Source: Owenia fusiformis
Lineage: Eukaryota
Length of the DNA stretch: 64,000 bases
Direction: 5' to 3'
Assembly: GCA_903813345.2 (NCBI GenBank)
Contig: CAIIXF020000001.1
Location: 49,414,001 to 49,478,000, forward strand
Positions 52,268-64,000 of the stretch are shown piece after piece. Each line of letters begins with the position of its first letter. The stretch's first letter is position 1. Under the pieces are notes generated by a model, which made no database searches, was not told the origin of the DNA, and saw only the letters and a program-made list of their open reading frames with translations. Both the position numbers and the translations under genes were made by a program.

Positions 52268-54184
52268 ATATTTGATGTAAAAAATGATAAAAATTTTCAA
52301 CTTGCTTCAATTTGACCAATTTTTTTTAAAAATCATCTACAAGTTCTCAGGAGATTTGACCTTTACTTGACCTTCAATGACCTTCGATAGTTCAAAAGGT
52401 TTCAAAATTAAGTCAGCCTAATCACAAAAGACCTACTAAGCTCTATAAAAGTAAATTTTCAAGGTCAAAGGTCAAGGTTATCAAACTAGGTCACAAACTG
52501 TACTTTCAAAGATCGAGACTTAAAATCAATATTTTTAGTTGAACATCAGGATACACATTCATCTAAAGGTTGTACACATATAAGCAATTACTCAGATGTG
52601 AGCAGGTAGTTACCAGTTACGCCACCAGGTGGCTGATTCGGGGGAAATAACATGGCAGGGTATTTCAAAGTTCCCTTTGCTTGAAAATTGTTTTAAAATA
52701 ACTAAGTAACTGAGCAACTCACTATCTCAATAAATTAAAACAACCCAAATGTAAGCTTCTATTTTATGAATGTGAATAGTGACTAGCGGCTACCGGATGA
52801 ACCTACTATTTTATGATCAACTCATTTAAATATAAATGGAATAGTGGCAGGTACTATATTTAAATGAGTTGCCAATAAAAAAAACAGTAAGTTAATTCGG
52901 TAGCCGACAGGCGTTAGTTACACAACTTAGTAATTTACTCATGTAATTTGGACAAATAAGAGTTTTTCTGTACAAAGTTAATCCTTCCTTAATTAATATA
53001 GTGTCGTTAGTAGTTTTTACAATTTACTGTGTGAGCACAGGGCCATGGGTCCTTTATTTAATTTAGGGGCTTGTTTTCTGAAACACCCTATAGATTAATT
53101 ATTAATGAAAACGCAAAATGAAATCCTGTGCTAAGGGCTGATGTAAAACATCATCCCACCCTGTAGGGATTGCAGCAACAACCCTTCACTCCATCTTATA
53201 ACACCAATATTGAATTATTATTGAATTTGATTCAGGCTAAATTCTGATATAACATTTGTGTCATCTGACTTCATTTGTAATAACATATGTTGCCTATAGG
53301 TCTTATTTCAATTGACAAATAATCAATAGAATTAGTTTCCCCTTAAATGATAATACAAATATACAGTAGACCTGTCTAATCCAAATGCCACTAGGATCAG
53401 CCAAAATTGTTCAGATTAGCAGGTGTTCCTATTTCAAGGTTTGTTTAACATGGGAGAGAGCATATAAACTTGCGGCTGAAAGTGTTCACATTAAGAGGTG
53501 TTAAGATATGAGAGGTGTTTTGTCGTGCCAGTTTTAAAGGGGCAACAAGGACTGTAGAGAGAAAATTTGAAAATCTTTATTTTTTCCGAGCTATTGGGTC
53601 AATATTTGGCTTAAAACCTTCTTTGACAGTATTTTCTTAAAATGTATGTATAAACTATCAATTTCAGCATTAAGAAGTATAATTTCAGTTCAAAGCTTCT
53701 ATAAAGGGAGTCCCACTTATAGATTTTTAAGATCCACCACGTTTCAAGAGGAATATCAGCTGAAATAATGTTCATCCAGGGGGTTTCTTTGTAGATAATG
53801 AAAATATAATGTTAGTCTTGATGAAATATCCAAACTTAAACATATAATATTTTGACTGGTCGATGATCATTGAATGACCCCTATGCACCAATTGTTGCAC
53901 TTTTAATGTACTTTTTAAAACAAATGATCCAAAAGCTTAGAGGTCATCAACATTGTATAGACTGAGTGACTCAGTCCAAGAAACTATATAAAGCCATGAG
54001 AAATGATATTGATCAAATTTTTCACAATTTTAAAATCTGACCCCCTTTTGTCATTTTATAATTTCAGATGTGTGTATCATGATATACTCTCCATATGATA
54101 TCTGAAAAGGGACTTCACATAGATAGTAGAATGAATATACTGAATAGCCATTAGGCGCTCAACTACCTCATCTTCCCAGTGACA

Positions 54185-54361
54185 ATGTCCAGGTTTAGTA
54201 GACTATCTCTTCCATCCAAGAAGTTCTTTGTGAAGCAGTTAACAGAAGCTGTAGAGCAACAGAATGGTGCCTTAGATGCTAAGGTCCATCAATGGAGTGT
54301 AATTGCTCATTCGAAACACATTGATTTCAGCATTGTCTGGATACAAGGGACTGTTATATCA
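54185..54361 (+). CDS. RMI2: RMI2 (RecQ-mediated genome instability protein 2) exon 1
   Basis: LPSKKFFVKQL...IVWIQGTVIS corresponds to RMI2 PPLKVLAEQL...VWMQGRVV; gtgagt donor. Confidence 0.9.
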
Positions 54362-54680
54362 GTGAGTGCATTTCTGATTTTTATGTCACCACCAGAAGTG
54401 GTAGTCCCTAATAGTTGTAGTCTCCAATAAATCCAAATACATGTATTTATATAAACTACCAGGTCATTAAAAAGTTCTCAACTGATGGTAATGTTCCCTT
54501 TTCCTATTAAAGAGTACCATCTCAGTGAGGTTAACAACCCATTGAGAATCTACATGAATTTTGACTATATTTTCTAAATTAATAGTAAGATTATACATGT
54601 TTAGCCCAAACATTCTAAATAATGCTCACATGTGCATGATACCCTTCGGCCTTCACCTATGTTTGTGTTGTGTGTTTTAG

Positions 54681-54783
54681 GTTGACAGACCCAGGGACAC
54701 ATTGATTATAGATGATGACACTGGCACAATAGAAGTTGTAGGATTAAGTAAACTTCCTCAGGGGTGCCCAACAATTTCCAAGG
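54681..54783 (+). CDS. RMI2: RMI2 exon 2 (VDRPRDTLIIDDDTGTIEVVGLSKLPQGCPTISKG)
   Basis: ttttag/gtgagt boundaries; OB-fold D.TG motif. Confidence 0.9.
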
Positions 54784-54919
54784 GTGAGTGAATATTTGAA
54801 TCAACTTTTAAATTCAAATGCATTCAATGACCACTGCAGAATTTTCTCTCAACAGCGAACTGAATCCTAATTTTAACAATTTTTGTCAAAGTATCTGTTA
54901 ACGATGGGTATAGCCTTTT

Positions 54920-55665
54920 TATTTTTTCATGAAGCCACTCAGTAAAATTACGATTTCTCTGCAACCAGATGTCCAATCATGATCATTCAAGTATCTATGT
55001 GTTCCTGACACATTTGGGCATTCAGGAATTACAACGTCAACCCAAGTTGCATGTGAAATCGACGTAATTCATGACTCAAATCGGGAAGACAAAATTTGAG
55101 GTTGACAAATAAAATTGTTTGTGAAAACTATTGACAAAAGTGTCCCAGAGTCTTAAATCTGCTTGGCTAAGGTTTTATTTGAAGAAACATTGCCTTATTA
55201 AGCAGGTAGAGGGGCATACAGAACATGGAAGCAAATGCTCTGTATTTCAGTTTGAACATGTTATTACATGTCACATAGGCCAGTGTTTTATATTAGGGAT
55301 TATATGTACTTTACTTGTTTACATGACAGTAAATCATGAAATCTGCAGTCTTCCGGGTTTTATCTGGGTTTGTATTGTCTTATTGGGGCTTTCCGACTAT
55401 TAAACAAACCTTACCTAAATGGATTTGTGTCCCCCGAACATTTTTGTAAATAGTTATTATAAACAATTCTGAAAGAATATCACATGTTTTTGTCTTCCTG
55501 ATTTCAGTCATGGATTACGCCAATATAGCGTGCAAACTTCGGGTAGTCGTTGTCATTCCCAGATTCCCAAATGTGTCAGGAACATATAGATACTCGAATC
55601 ATCTTGATTGGACATCAGGATGCAGAGAAATCATACTTTTACCGAGTGGCTTCACAAAAAAATAA
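54920..55665. mobile_element. Long-TIR MITE in RMI2 intron 2
   Basis: ~54920-55055 is the reverse complement of ~55530-55665. Confidence 0.65.
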
Positions 55666-56056
55666 GCAGGATTTTTAAGCCACCTTAAGCAGTCAACATT
55701 TAGTGTCTGTAACAAATTGCTGGTGGTGCCATTTTGCATGTTGATACTTATCTAAAAGTGTAATATTTGAGAACTTGAATACCATTTTGTCAGGCTTTGT
55801 TCAATTTTGTAGGCTATGGGCTTAACACCATTGCTTGAGGAAAATGTTATCAATATGGATACTGAATTTGAAATGCATTTTAGGCCATTGTACCCAGATT
55901 CGTTTTATACCACACCAAGGGAAAATACTACTTCCTGTTTATTTATTTCATGAAATGACAAAAATAAGGAATGATTTGATGAAATATGTTTTTTTCATGG
56001 GGATATGCTATTCCAGGGATTTTTGTTTTTCTAGTTGAATACTATATTACTTTCAG

Positions 56057-56202
56057 GGAGCTACATAATGGTGATTGGGGAGCTGATCCAAAGTGGAAGA
56101 AATGCCTCAATTCATGCAATCAAGATTCAAGATAGATGTCGGTCAAAGAAAGTTGAGAATTCTTGGATTCTAGAAGTCATTGATTCTCAACAGCTGACCT
56201 GA
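56057..56202 (+). CDS. RMI2: RMI2 exon 3 (SYIMVIGEL...IHAIKIQD...SWILEVIDSQQLT*); 141 aa in total
   Basis: Corresponds to GKYVMVMG, AVKMTDL and WELEVED of RMI2. Confidence 0.92.
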
Positions 56203-59200
56203 ACTGTGTAATGATGAAATTACTTTACTAAAGTACTAAATTGAAAACTCCAGTTGACTTGATTTTAACTGGGATTGACCAGAGAATGTAGCATTTTGAA
56301 TTGAATGTAAAATGTCAATGCCATGCAATGAGATAGAGGAATTTCATACCTTCTGGTCCAAAAAATCTTTGCATCACCATGCAATGCTTATAACTTTTGA
56401 TAATGGACAATTTCATACTTTCAGGGTTTGATGCCTGAAGATGTGTGTAAAAGGGTAATATATATGGATTACTGAAAAAACCACTAAAATACTGTCTCAC
56501 AAAATGGAGATTACAGACCAGTTATATTATATTGACAATTGTATATATTCATTCATGTATATGTAATGTTAACATTATCATACAATTGTTTTATGTACAG
56601 GTCAAAGAAAATAAATATCATGAGTATCAATAATTATATATTTTGGCATGTTGAGTTAAATATTGAGTTTATTATGTCACCACCAAAAAGTGGTGACATA
56701 TTGTGAAGGTCTCCGTTTTTTATGGCAGTTGGTGGTTGGCGGTTTGCGATTTTGTCATGTGTTAATGCCTTGTGTATACAAATGAAATGATCCTAGTTGA
56801 AAAAATAAATCATCATGGAGGCCGTAGCTTCCCAGCATAAAATATGGGAATATATAGGGAAAAATCTAGGTTATTTTCTTCATCCTCGGAAATATGCAGT
56901 ATGATTTCGATTTTCAATGTCTATTTTTTAAGCTACAGCTGCCATCAAGCAAATGTGACTGGGACTTAAGGCATACATGTAGTACTGAAAGGGTACATTC
57001 TTAACAAGTTGCTATTAGACTATATCTGATTTGGTTGCTATACCAATTATAAACTATCAATACATGAGAAAAAGGTTTTGGTCTGGTGAATTTGTTTAAA
57101 AATTTTTTTTTATGTCAACTGGGCTGTCATTTTAAAGAAAAGTGATGTCATTGACTCTTAATTAACCATATAGAAAAAAGCTGTTTCCTGTGTAAGCGCG
57201 GTGTACTAGTTAAAGTTTTTAAGCTTCTTCGTGTGTAATCATGGTAATGGAGATGTCACACTTAGGCCATGTGGGCTCACCATTTGCAATTGTGTGAATA
57301 TTTTAGATTAAGCGGCGATGCACAAATAGTTTAGGCCTAGAGCATGATATCCCCTATCACATACAATTAAAAATAATCCAAAATTACACACATTGGCGAA
57401 TGGTGACCCCACTCAGTATAGTGACAGCTACTTTAAGTAAATATCAATACTCTGAGTGGGTTTTCAAATGCATCAATCTAAGGCCATCTATCAATCATAT
57501 TGTTTTTTTAGATTTGAACTCAAAGAATTTTTTCCATTAATTTGTTGAAGAATACAGTTCTCTATTCACCCATTTATCTTTTTTCTATTGTAAAATTGAT
57601 GTATGCTAAACACATTAACTACACATCCAATCATCACATTCCCAACAAAGAAAAAACTTCTCCTGCAGCACAGTCTGAATGGCATATTAAAAGTTTTGCT
57701 TCAAGTCAAGACCTTGGACTATCTACTCTAACAACTGATGTTGTTTAGATACGGAGTCGGGTTCATATTCTTGGAGCAACACTAGTATTTTAGCCTCAGA
57801 TCATATGATTCTAGTGAATTATTTGTTTCCGAAATAGACCAAAACACTATAGCTTTCACTTCCTTAAGGCTTAAATTGAACATGAATTGGTGTTGTTCTC
57901 GGCTACATAAAGGAAAAAATCCCCTGATTGTTCTATCACAACATACTGTAACTTTTGTCCATGAATTTGCTATTTAAATTCAAGAGTCCCTCAGGCATCA
58001 ACCATAGTATGTATATTCAATATATTCAGAATTGTGAAAAGTTTAAGGCCATTTAATTCTATCAAATAATATATCTTATTGAGGATGCTTTGGGGTTGGG
58101 TCAATATTACTTCATTTTGTCATTTTTTTCCTGGGGTATCAACATTAAAGGTTTGTTTTTCAGGAAGAAGATTGATATATTGACACAGATTCCAAATGGA
58201 AATGAAGTATATTTCTAGCACCCTCTGGTTAATTTCAAAAATGCTTTGTTTAACCCCTTATGAAGATGGAAAATTCAGCCATATATAGAATTCCAGCAAC
58301 CAATGACGTCACCAGACAAAGCGTGTTTATTTTTATACTGATTTTCTAATCTGTGGGACCATCTGGAGTGGGGAGGTCAACAACCTTTTGTACTGGGGGT
58401 GCCTCTGAGATTCAAAATACCCACCCACATCCAGGATTTTTTTCTCTAAAAATGGACCCACAACTAGGGATTTTCTCTTTTATAAAAAAGAACACTTCGA
58501 GGTAATTTTTAAGACATACTTCCAACAATACTGAGTTTTAGGATTTTCAAAAAGCAGACCCAGTTCTAGGGATTTTTCATCAAAATGGGACCCACATCTA
58601 GGGGTTTTTCTTCAAAATAGAACCCACATCTAGGGATTTATCGGTGAAAAAGTGACCCACTTTAGTGGCATGTCCCCATATAGCCAATATATGGATACCC
58701 CTGGCGTAGGACCATATACAGTTTACTGTAAAACATGAAATACAGGGAACCATTTCAATAATAAAGCTGTTCTTGGTAAAATGATGACATGATCTATGTA
58801 ACATGTCAGGAATGGCTAGCAAATTTTAATTTCGTACACTGTTTACACAAAAAACGATTGTCATAAAAGATCATAAAACAATTAACATATATTGTTTATA
58901 CATCAGCCTATGTATATTTCAGATAAAAATTTGGTATATTAGACAGGGCAAACAAATAATTAACAATGCAATGTTACAAAGATATATACATTAAAATTAT
59001 AAAGACATTTCTACATCTTTATTTACATGTTTCTCAAGGAACTGTCTTTGATAACACCTGAATGTGAATCTTGGATTCTAATACGTATTTCTTATGTATA
59101 AATTTTATCCACATATTTTTTTTATAGAATGTTTGCAGGATTATATTAAACTGTAATACATGTTTTGAAAATGATTATGTCCAAATATTGACAGTGATAG

Positions 59201-59580
59201 ATGGTTATGTTTATATTTATCCACCATTGGAAAGTTATGTTTATATTTATCCACCATTGGAAAGTGGGTAAATGAAGATTCCCCTGGAAGTTTCAATAAA
59301 TTGTCATTTTATTTGAATATGCAATGCATTTTTCCTTTTGTTGAAAATAAAGATCAAGCAAATAAAAAATCAATATTGTGTTTACAGCTTGGTGGGAGGG
59401 GGCATGACCAAAATGAAGTAATGGCTTTTTCTACAGTTGTTGATATTTGGACATCATCCCCTTTATACTCTGTACAATAGCATTCTATTCATGACACCAT
59501 AAAATACAACATTTTGTTAGACATCATCTCTTACTTACTTACTAATTTCTACACATACTCTTTTTTGCTTAGTACATGTA

Positions 59581-59969
59581 CGAGGGGTGATCAATAAGTA
59601 ATTGGCACTTTTTGAAATGGATGCTTTGCATTAGAGACCAATCTCTTTGATTTTTTAACAGTGATACATCATTCAATTATCTATCAACTCTGAAGATTTG
59701 AAGACAAAATATGTAATACATCTTGATATATCTTTATTTCTGTGAAGGCTGTACAGATACCCCGGGACCCATATTTCCATCACATATTCTTATGTTATGT
59801 CAATTTGGCATATTTTTGGCATATTTCAGTTAGATTTGAACTTTTTTGATTTGCAACTAGTGTTGTGTTGTGTTAGATAATTGAATGATGTAACACTGGC
59901 AAAGAAATGGATTGGTCTATAAAAATCATCTGTGTAAAAAAGCGTCCATTACTTATTGGTCACCCCTCG
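59581..59969. mobile_element. Mariner-like MITE
   Basis: ta CGAGGGGTGATCAATAAGTAAT / ATTACTTATTGGTCACCCCTCG. Confidence 0.75.
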
Positions 59970-62900
59970 TTTGTAGTTGGTAAACTGCCATTTCCTTAAC
60001 TAAAAATCTTTTTCATGTCTACCCTTTTTAATAAGCCCATCACGCACTGATGATATTAAAGTTAACACTATATTGTACGATACAATTTACTAGCCTATTG
60101 AAATTCACAAAATCAAAACATGTACACATTCCAATTAGACTCATCCATTATTGTGACATATTTTTAAACAAGAGATCCATTTGTGATGAAGTTGAAATTG
60201 TTAACTTCCCCTTGAAACCGCCAACTTCATCATAAAATGTGCACATTTAATTTTTCTCTATTATAAATTCAATCCTTAACAACACTGGAACGCTGATTTT
60301 TCAGTAACTTACTAACTGACCAACCTATCCAGTATCAGCAGACATACACAATGGTAAATAGAATGTCTCTATGTCCCTAGTTTAACCATAAATGAACTCA
60401 AGTTTGAGGATGATGAATGTAATTGAGCTACTGCACAGTGTCCACTGTTCCATGTTCAGTTGAGAATATAACACATTTTGCGAGCATTTACTTAATGTAA
60501 CACATTTTCAATAATCAAGATGGATGCCATATGGGCATGAGTTATTTCAAGACTGCACCAGCAACTAATAGCATCTCACTGTGCATGATTTGTACATTGT
60601 GGCTTTGAAGGGTAGTGTTTTAGCACCAGTTTATGTCTCTTTATTACCTCTACCATTAAGCTGGTAACATTAGATAGGAGTTCTACTAGATCATATGCTA
60701 CGCTCCAAACTAATTGCATTGTATTGTATTTTGTTTTCCACCTATGAAGGTGAGCAAAACCTCTTGGGTTTATATCCCATATTGTTATGGCTGTATATAC
60801 ATATGACACATTCTCCCTATTTTTGATTTGAAGATCTGGTATATATAAACTGCTGAGTGCAGTAGATAATTAGACCATTGAATCCAAAGGCCATAGTATT
60901 AGCAGCACTCATGATATTACATACTAATGTTAGCTATGTCCAAATATATATAGTATAGAGGTTATTTTAAAACAGAGAAAGAACATTGATTTTCTGAGGA
61001 AATATGACATCTACTGATGCCATTTTGACATTCTCTGAGACATTCTCTGAGAATTTAAAATATCAGTTGTATCTTTATTCTGAGTTGAATTCCTCAGTTA
61101 CAGTCTTTCTGTTAGCATGACTCTTGATAATTGAATCACAGTATTTTTCCTTTGTTGAGTTCACAAATAATTGATACATGATACTATTACCTCTTGAAAG
61201 CCCATACTTTTACAAACAAGTATGTTGAGCACGACTTGTCATCTAAAAAACCTCCTTGACCAAAAATTGTTCTTGGATCATTCTTTAAGATATTAGAATT
61301 TATTTCTTTTTACAACTGTGGTGCATTTTTGTCATTTTTGGGTAAAAAATGAAATAGGAAAACCTGGTCTCCTACTACTTTTACTTTTTTCAAAAGATCT
61401 TCCACTGGACAGACAGTTGGCCTATAAGGGCCTACATACTCGTATATGTTGAGCTTGAATTATTAAACATTTCATATCTTATTAGAAACTTTGACTGAGC
61501 ATACACAAGTTCATAAATGTCTTTTATGTACTCTACAGTAAAACATTTCCTTTAGTGAAAGCTGCTTGGCTATGTGTACTGTGTACATGATGTAGTTTCA
61601 TTTAATATAGTGTACATTTATTAGAGGAATATTTACACATAAATCAATGGGAGAGGAAGTGAAAAATAATCCAGTAAAGATCTGCTATCCACAAAATATG
61701 AGCACTGTATCAAAAGCCTCAGTCACATTTGCTCTACTACAGCAGCCATACATCCACTGTAGCTTCACAAAATTGATATAGAAAATTTACATTGTACTGT
61801 TTATCCCTATATTTTATGCTGCATATTTTATAGATTTTGGGAAGCTAAGGCCGGTGTATTGTTGCCACAGATCAATTGTGACTGGGATATCATTGATGTG
61901 ATGGCAATAACCATGTCAGGCATGGTTATTCTGTGTTTTCTCTTTCTAAAATCAGAATGAATGGCCTGATTTCCTGAAAATTCTGTACAATTTAGAAAAT
62001 TCTAAAGTATACAGAACTGATCTAAGACATTTGCGACATGTTGATTTCACTCGATAACATTTCAAAACATGACCAGAATAAAATTTTGTTACAATTTTTT
62101 GGCGCCTACAGGTATAATTGTCTGTTAAATGGAAATCATTTTTCAAAAAGGAAACAGACTTATTATGTTCCCAACCCATATTTCATCCTTAAAATCAAAA
62201 TGTTTTCAGATCCCAGATGACCTAGGTACCATTAAACAACCAATTAATTTACTAGCGCCTTATTCTTTGTCCTTCCCATTTTCTTTCCAAAGAAACATGT
62301 CCAGTTATGTACAAGTCTGTAAGTTTTCGCCATCCTCTGTAAGAATTGGTCCCTTATGGTGCTAAGACGTAGCAAAATATTGCTGTAGAATCTCATCTGG
62401 GTTCCCAGGCCCCCAGTGGGTTAATTTGTCCTGAAATGAATAAATACAAGAGATATGAAAATATGTTTGAGAAGTATAGGAAATGCGCTGTGACACTTGC
62501 CAGGAGCTAGTTACCACTTAGATTCCTCTGAGAAAATAAGATGGAAAACTTATAAAATTTCCCCTGAACATGAATAGAAAATAGATTGAGATCAATATTC
62601 ATTCACTTTTTCTAGGATTGTTTTGAAATGTGTTCAGTTAAAAGAATTATTCTGTACATTAAAATTACAGATATTTCACTTTTTATGATTTTGTGACATA
62701 AATAATTTTACACCATTTTATGTTAATCTCTTAAAATCTCATTCAAATGAAACTTCAGAGAGGTTCAAAGCTAGGCTATAAAGCAAATGGTTTATTGGTA
62801 GAATTAGTAGAATTGGTACAAAGAATATGCCAAAAGGTAAAGCAGAGGTTAATTCAATATACCTTTTATACCTCTAGGTTTACGACAACATTAAAAAAAC

Positions 62901-63159
62901 ATTATAATCAATGTCGCTAGTTGTTAGGAATGTTTAACTATCAATAGGACATTGGGTTATGAGTCCAATGCATAATTCAATTAAGATTTATCAATTTAAT
63001 CACATGTACATTTTTTATATAAATTGATTTTTTCACATTATTCCTAAAAATATATTCAATGCCAAGAGGTTTTTCCTGAGGGACACAAGTGATACTAGAT
63101 CGGTAATGAAGTACAGCTATCATAGAAATCAGCAAGTAGAAATACACAAAAACAAGTTA

Positions 63160-63340
63160 CCGTATTCGCTGTAATAAGCGCTTTTGAAATTGAAATTCCA
63201 ATTGTAACCCATTACAAAGAGCGCCATTGATTTTTCTTCTGATATATTGGTTAATACTTGGTCATTCCTCAATATTTCTTGATCTCTGTGAAGTGGGGTG
63301 GGCACTTATTAGGGGTGGGCCCTTATTACGGCGATTACGG
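63160..63340. mobile_element. Tc1/mariner/pogo-like MITE, TA TSD
   Basis: ta CCGTATTCGCTGTAATAAG / CTTATTACGGCGATTACGG ta. Confidence 0.7.
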
Positions 63341-64000
63341 TATGGTAATTAGGTTTGCTGTGAGAACAGCAATCATATTTGAACTTCACAGAACACATTT
63401 TGGTGCCACAAATCAAGACTGATTTATTGAAACACAAACTGAACATGATTGAGTTTGCAAAAATGAGTAAAATAATTGAATTACTTAAGGCGACCAAATG
63501 GGTAGAAAGAAACATTTATAATGTATCCTGTCTTGTGTAGTGAAAATGTATATTGAGAAAAAAATAAACAAAAAAAACAAAAAAACACATTTATAATCAA
63601 TGCATATTATTCAGCTACCTGGTATATTCGTTAGATTTTTGATACTTAAATACATTTGGAACCTGCAATCACAAAGATAGTGAGGAAGAAAAAGAGCCAT
63701 ACAGAACTTTACATAAGTGTGTTTTTATCAAATACCCCTGCAATTTATTTATTTAGAAAAACAGCAACTTCCTGGAGTAGCAGATCTCACCTAACCAATC
63801 ATCAATTAATTTTGACAAAAATGATGGCCATTTTGATTTGAGATTCCTTATTAGAAATTCATTCTCAAGCAGAGGTTCCATCTCCATAAGGTATTAGCTC
63901 ATGAAATTTAAACCAAACTTCCAACTGGTATTAGTCATTCGTTATGGTCCCCAGACAGATTTATTGGACAGCTTTTTGATATCCCTATATCAAATTTCAT

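Noticed and set aside
56300..64000. Short ORFs in the right-hand 8 kb
   Set aside because: No recognisable domains or consistent exon chain; the region looks like AT-rich intergenic or intronic DNA with MITE fragments

Overview
AT-rich, intron-rich animal genomic DNA (invertebrate-like; species not determinable from the sequence alone). Three host genes could be reconstructed by hand: a GLT8D1/2-like GT8 glycosyltransferase (minus strand, 8 exons from 43652 down to 3502, last exon(s) beyond the left edge), RMI2 (plus strand, 3 coding exons, 54185-56202), and a membrane C-type lectin with a TTTEQ mucin stalk (minus strand, 3 exons, 51035-48070). The GLT8D1 introns hold many transposons: a structurally complete but decayed DIRS1 tyrosine-recombinase retrotransposon (3935-12582) whose recombinase is split just before the predicted catalytic Tyr by a 9-bp-TSD DNA transposon; self-nested Helentron-type (HINE) elements; an endonuclease-deleted LINE; a mariner relic; and many MITEs. 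The most unusual signal is GLT8D1 intron 4 (18808-22495). Over 90% of it consists of tandem copies of its own splice junctions: 7 identical 50-bp copies of the donor junction and about 65 48-bp copies of the acceptor junction. Only the exon-proximal copy on each side gives an open reading frame.
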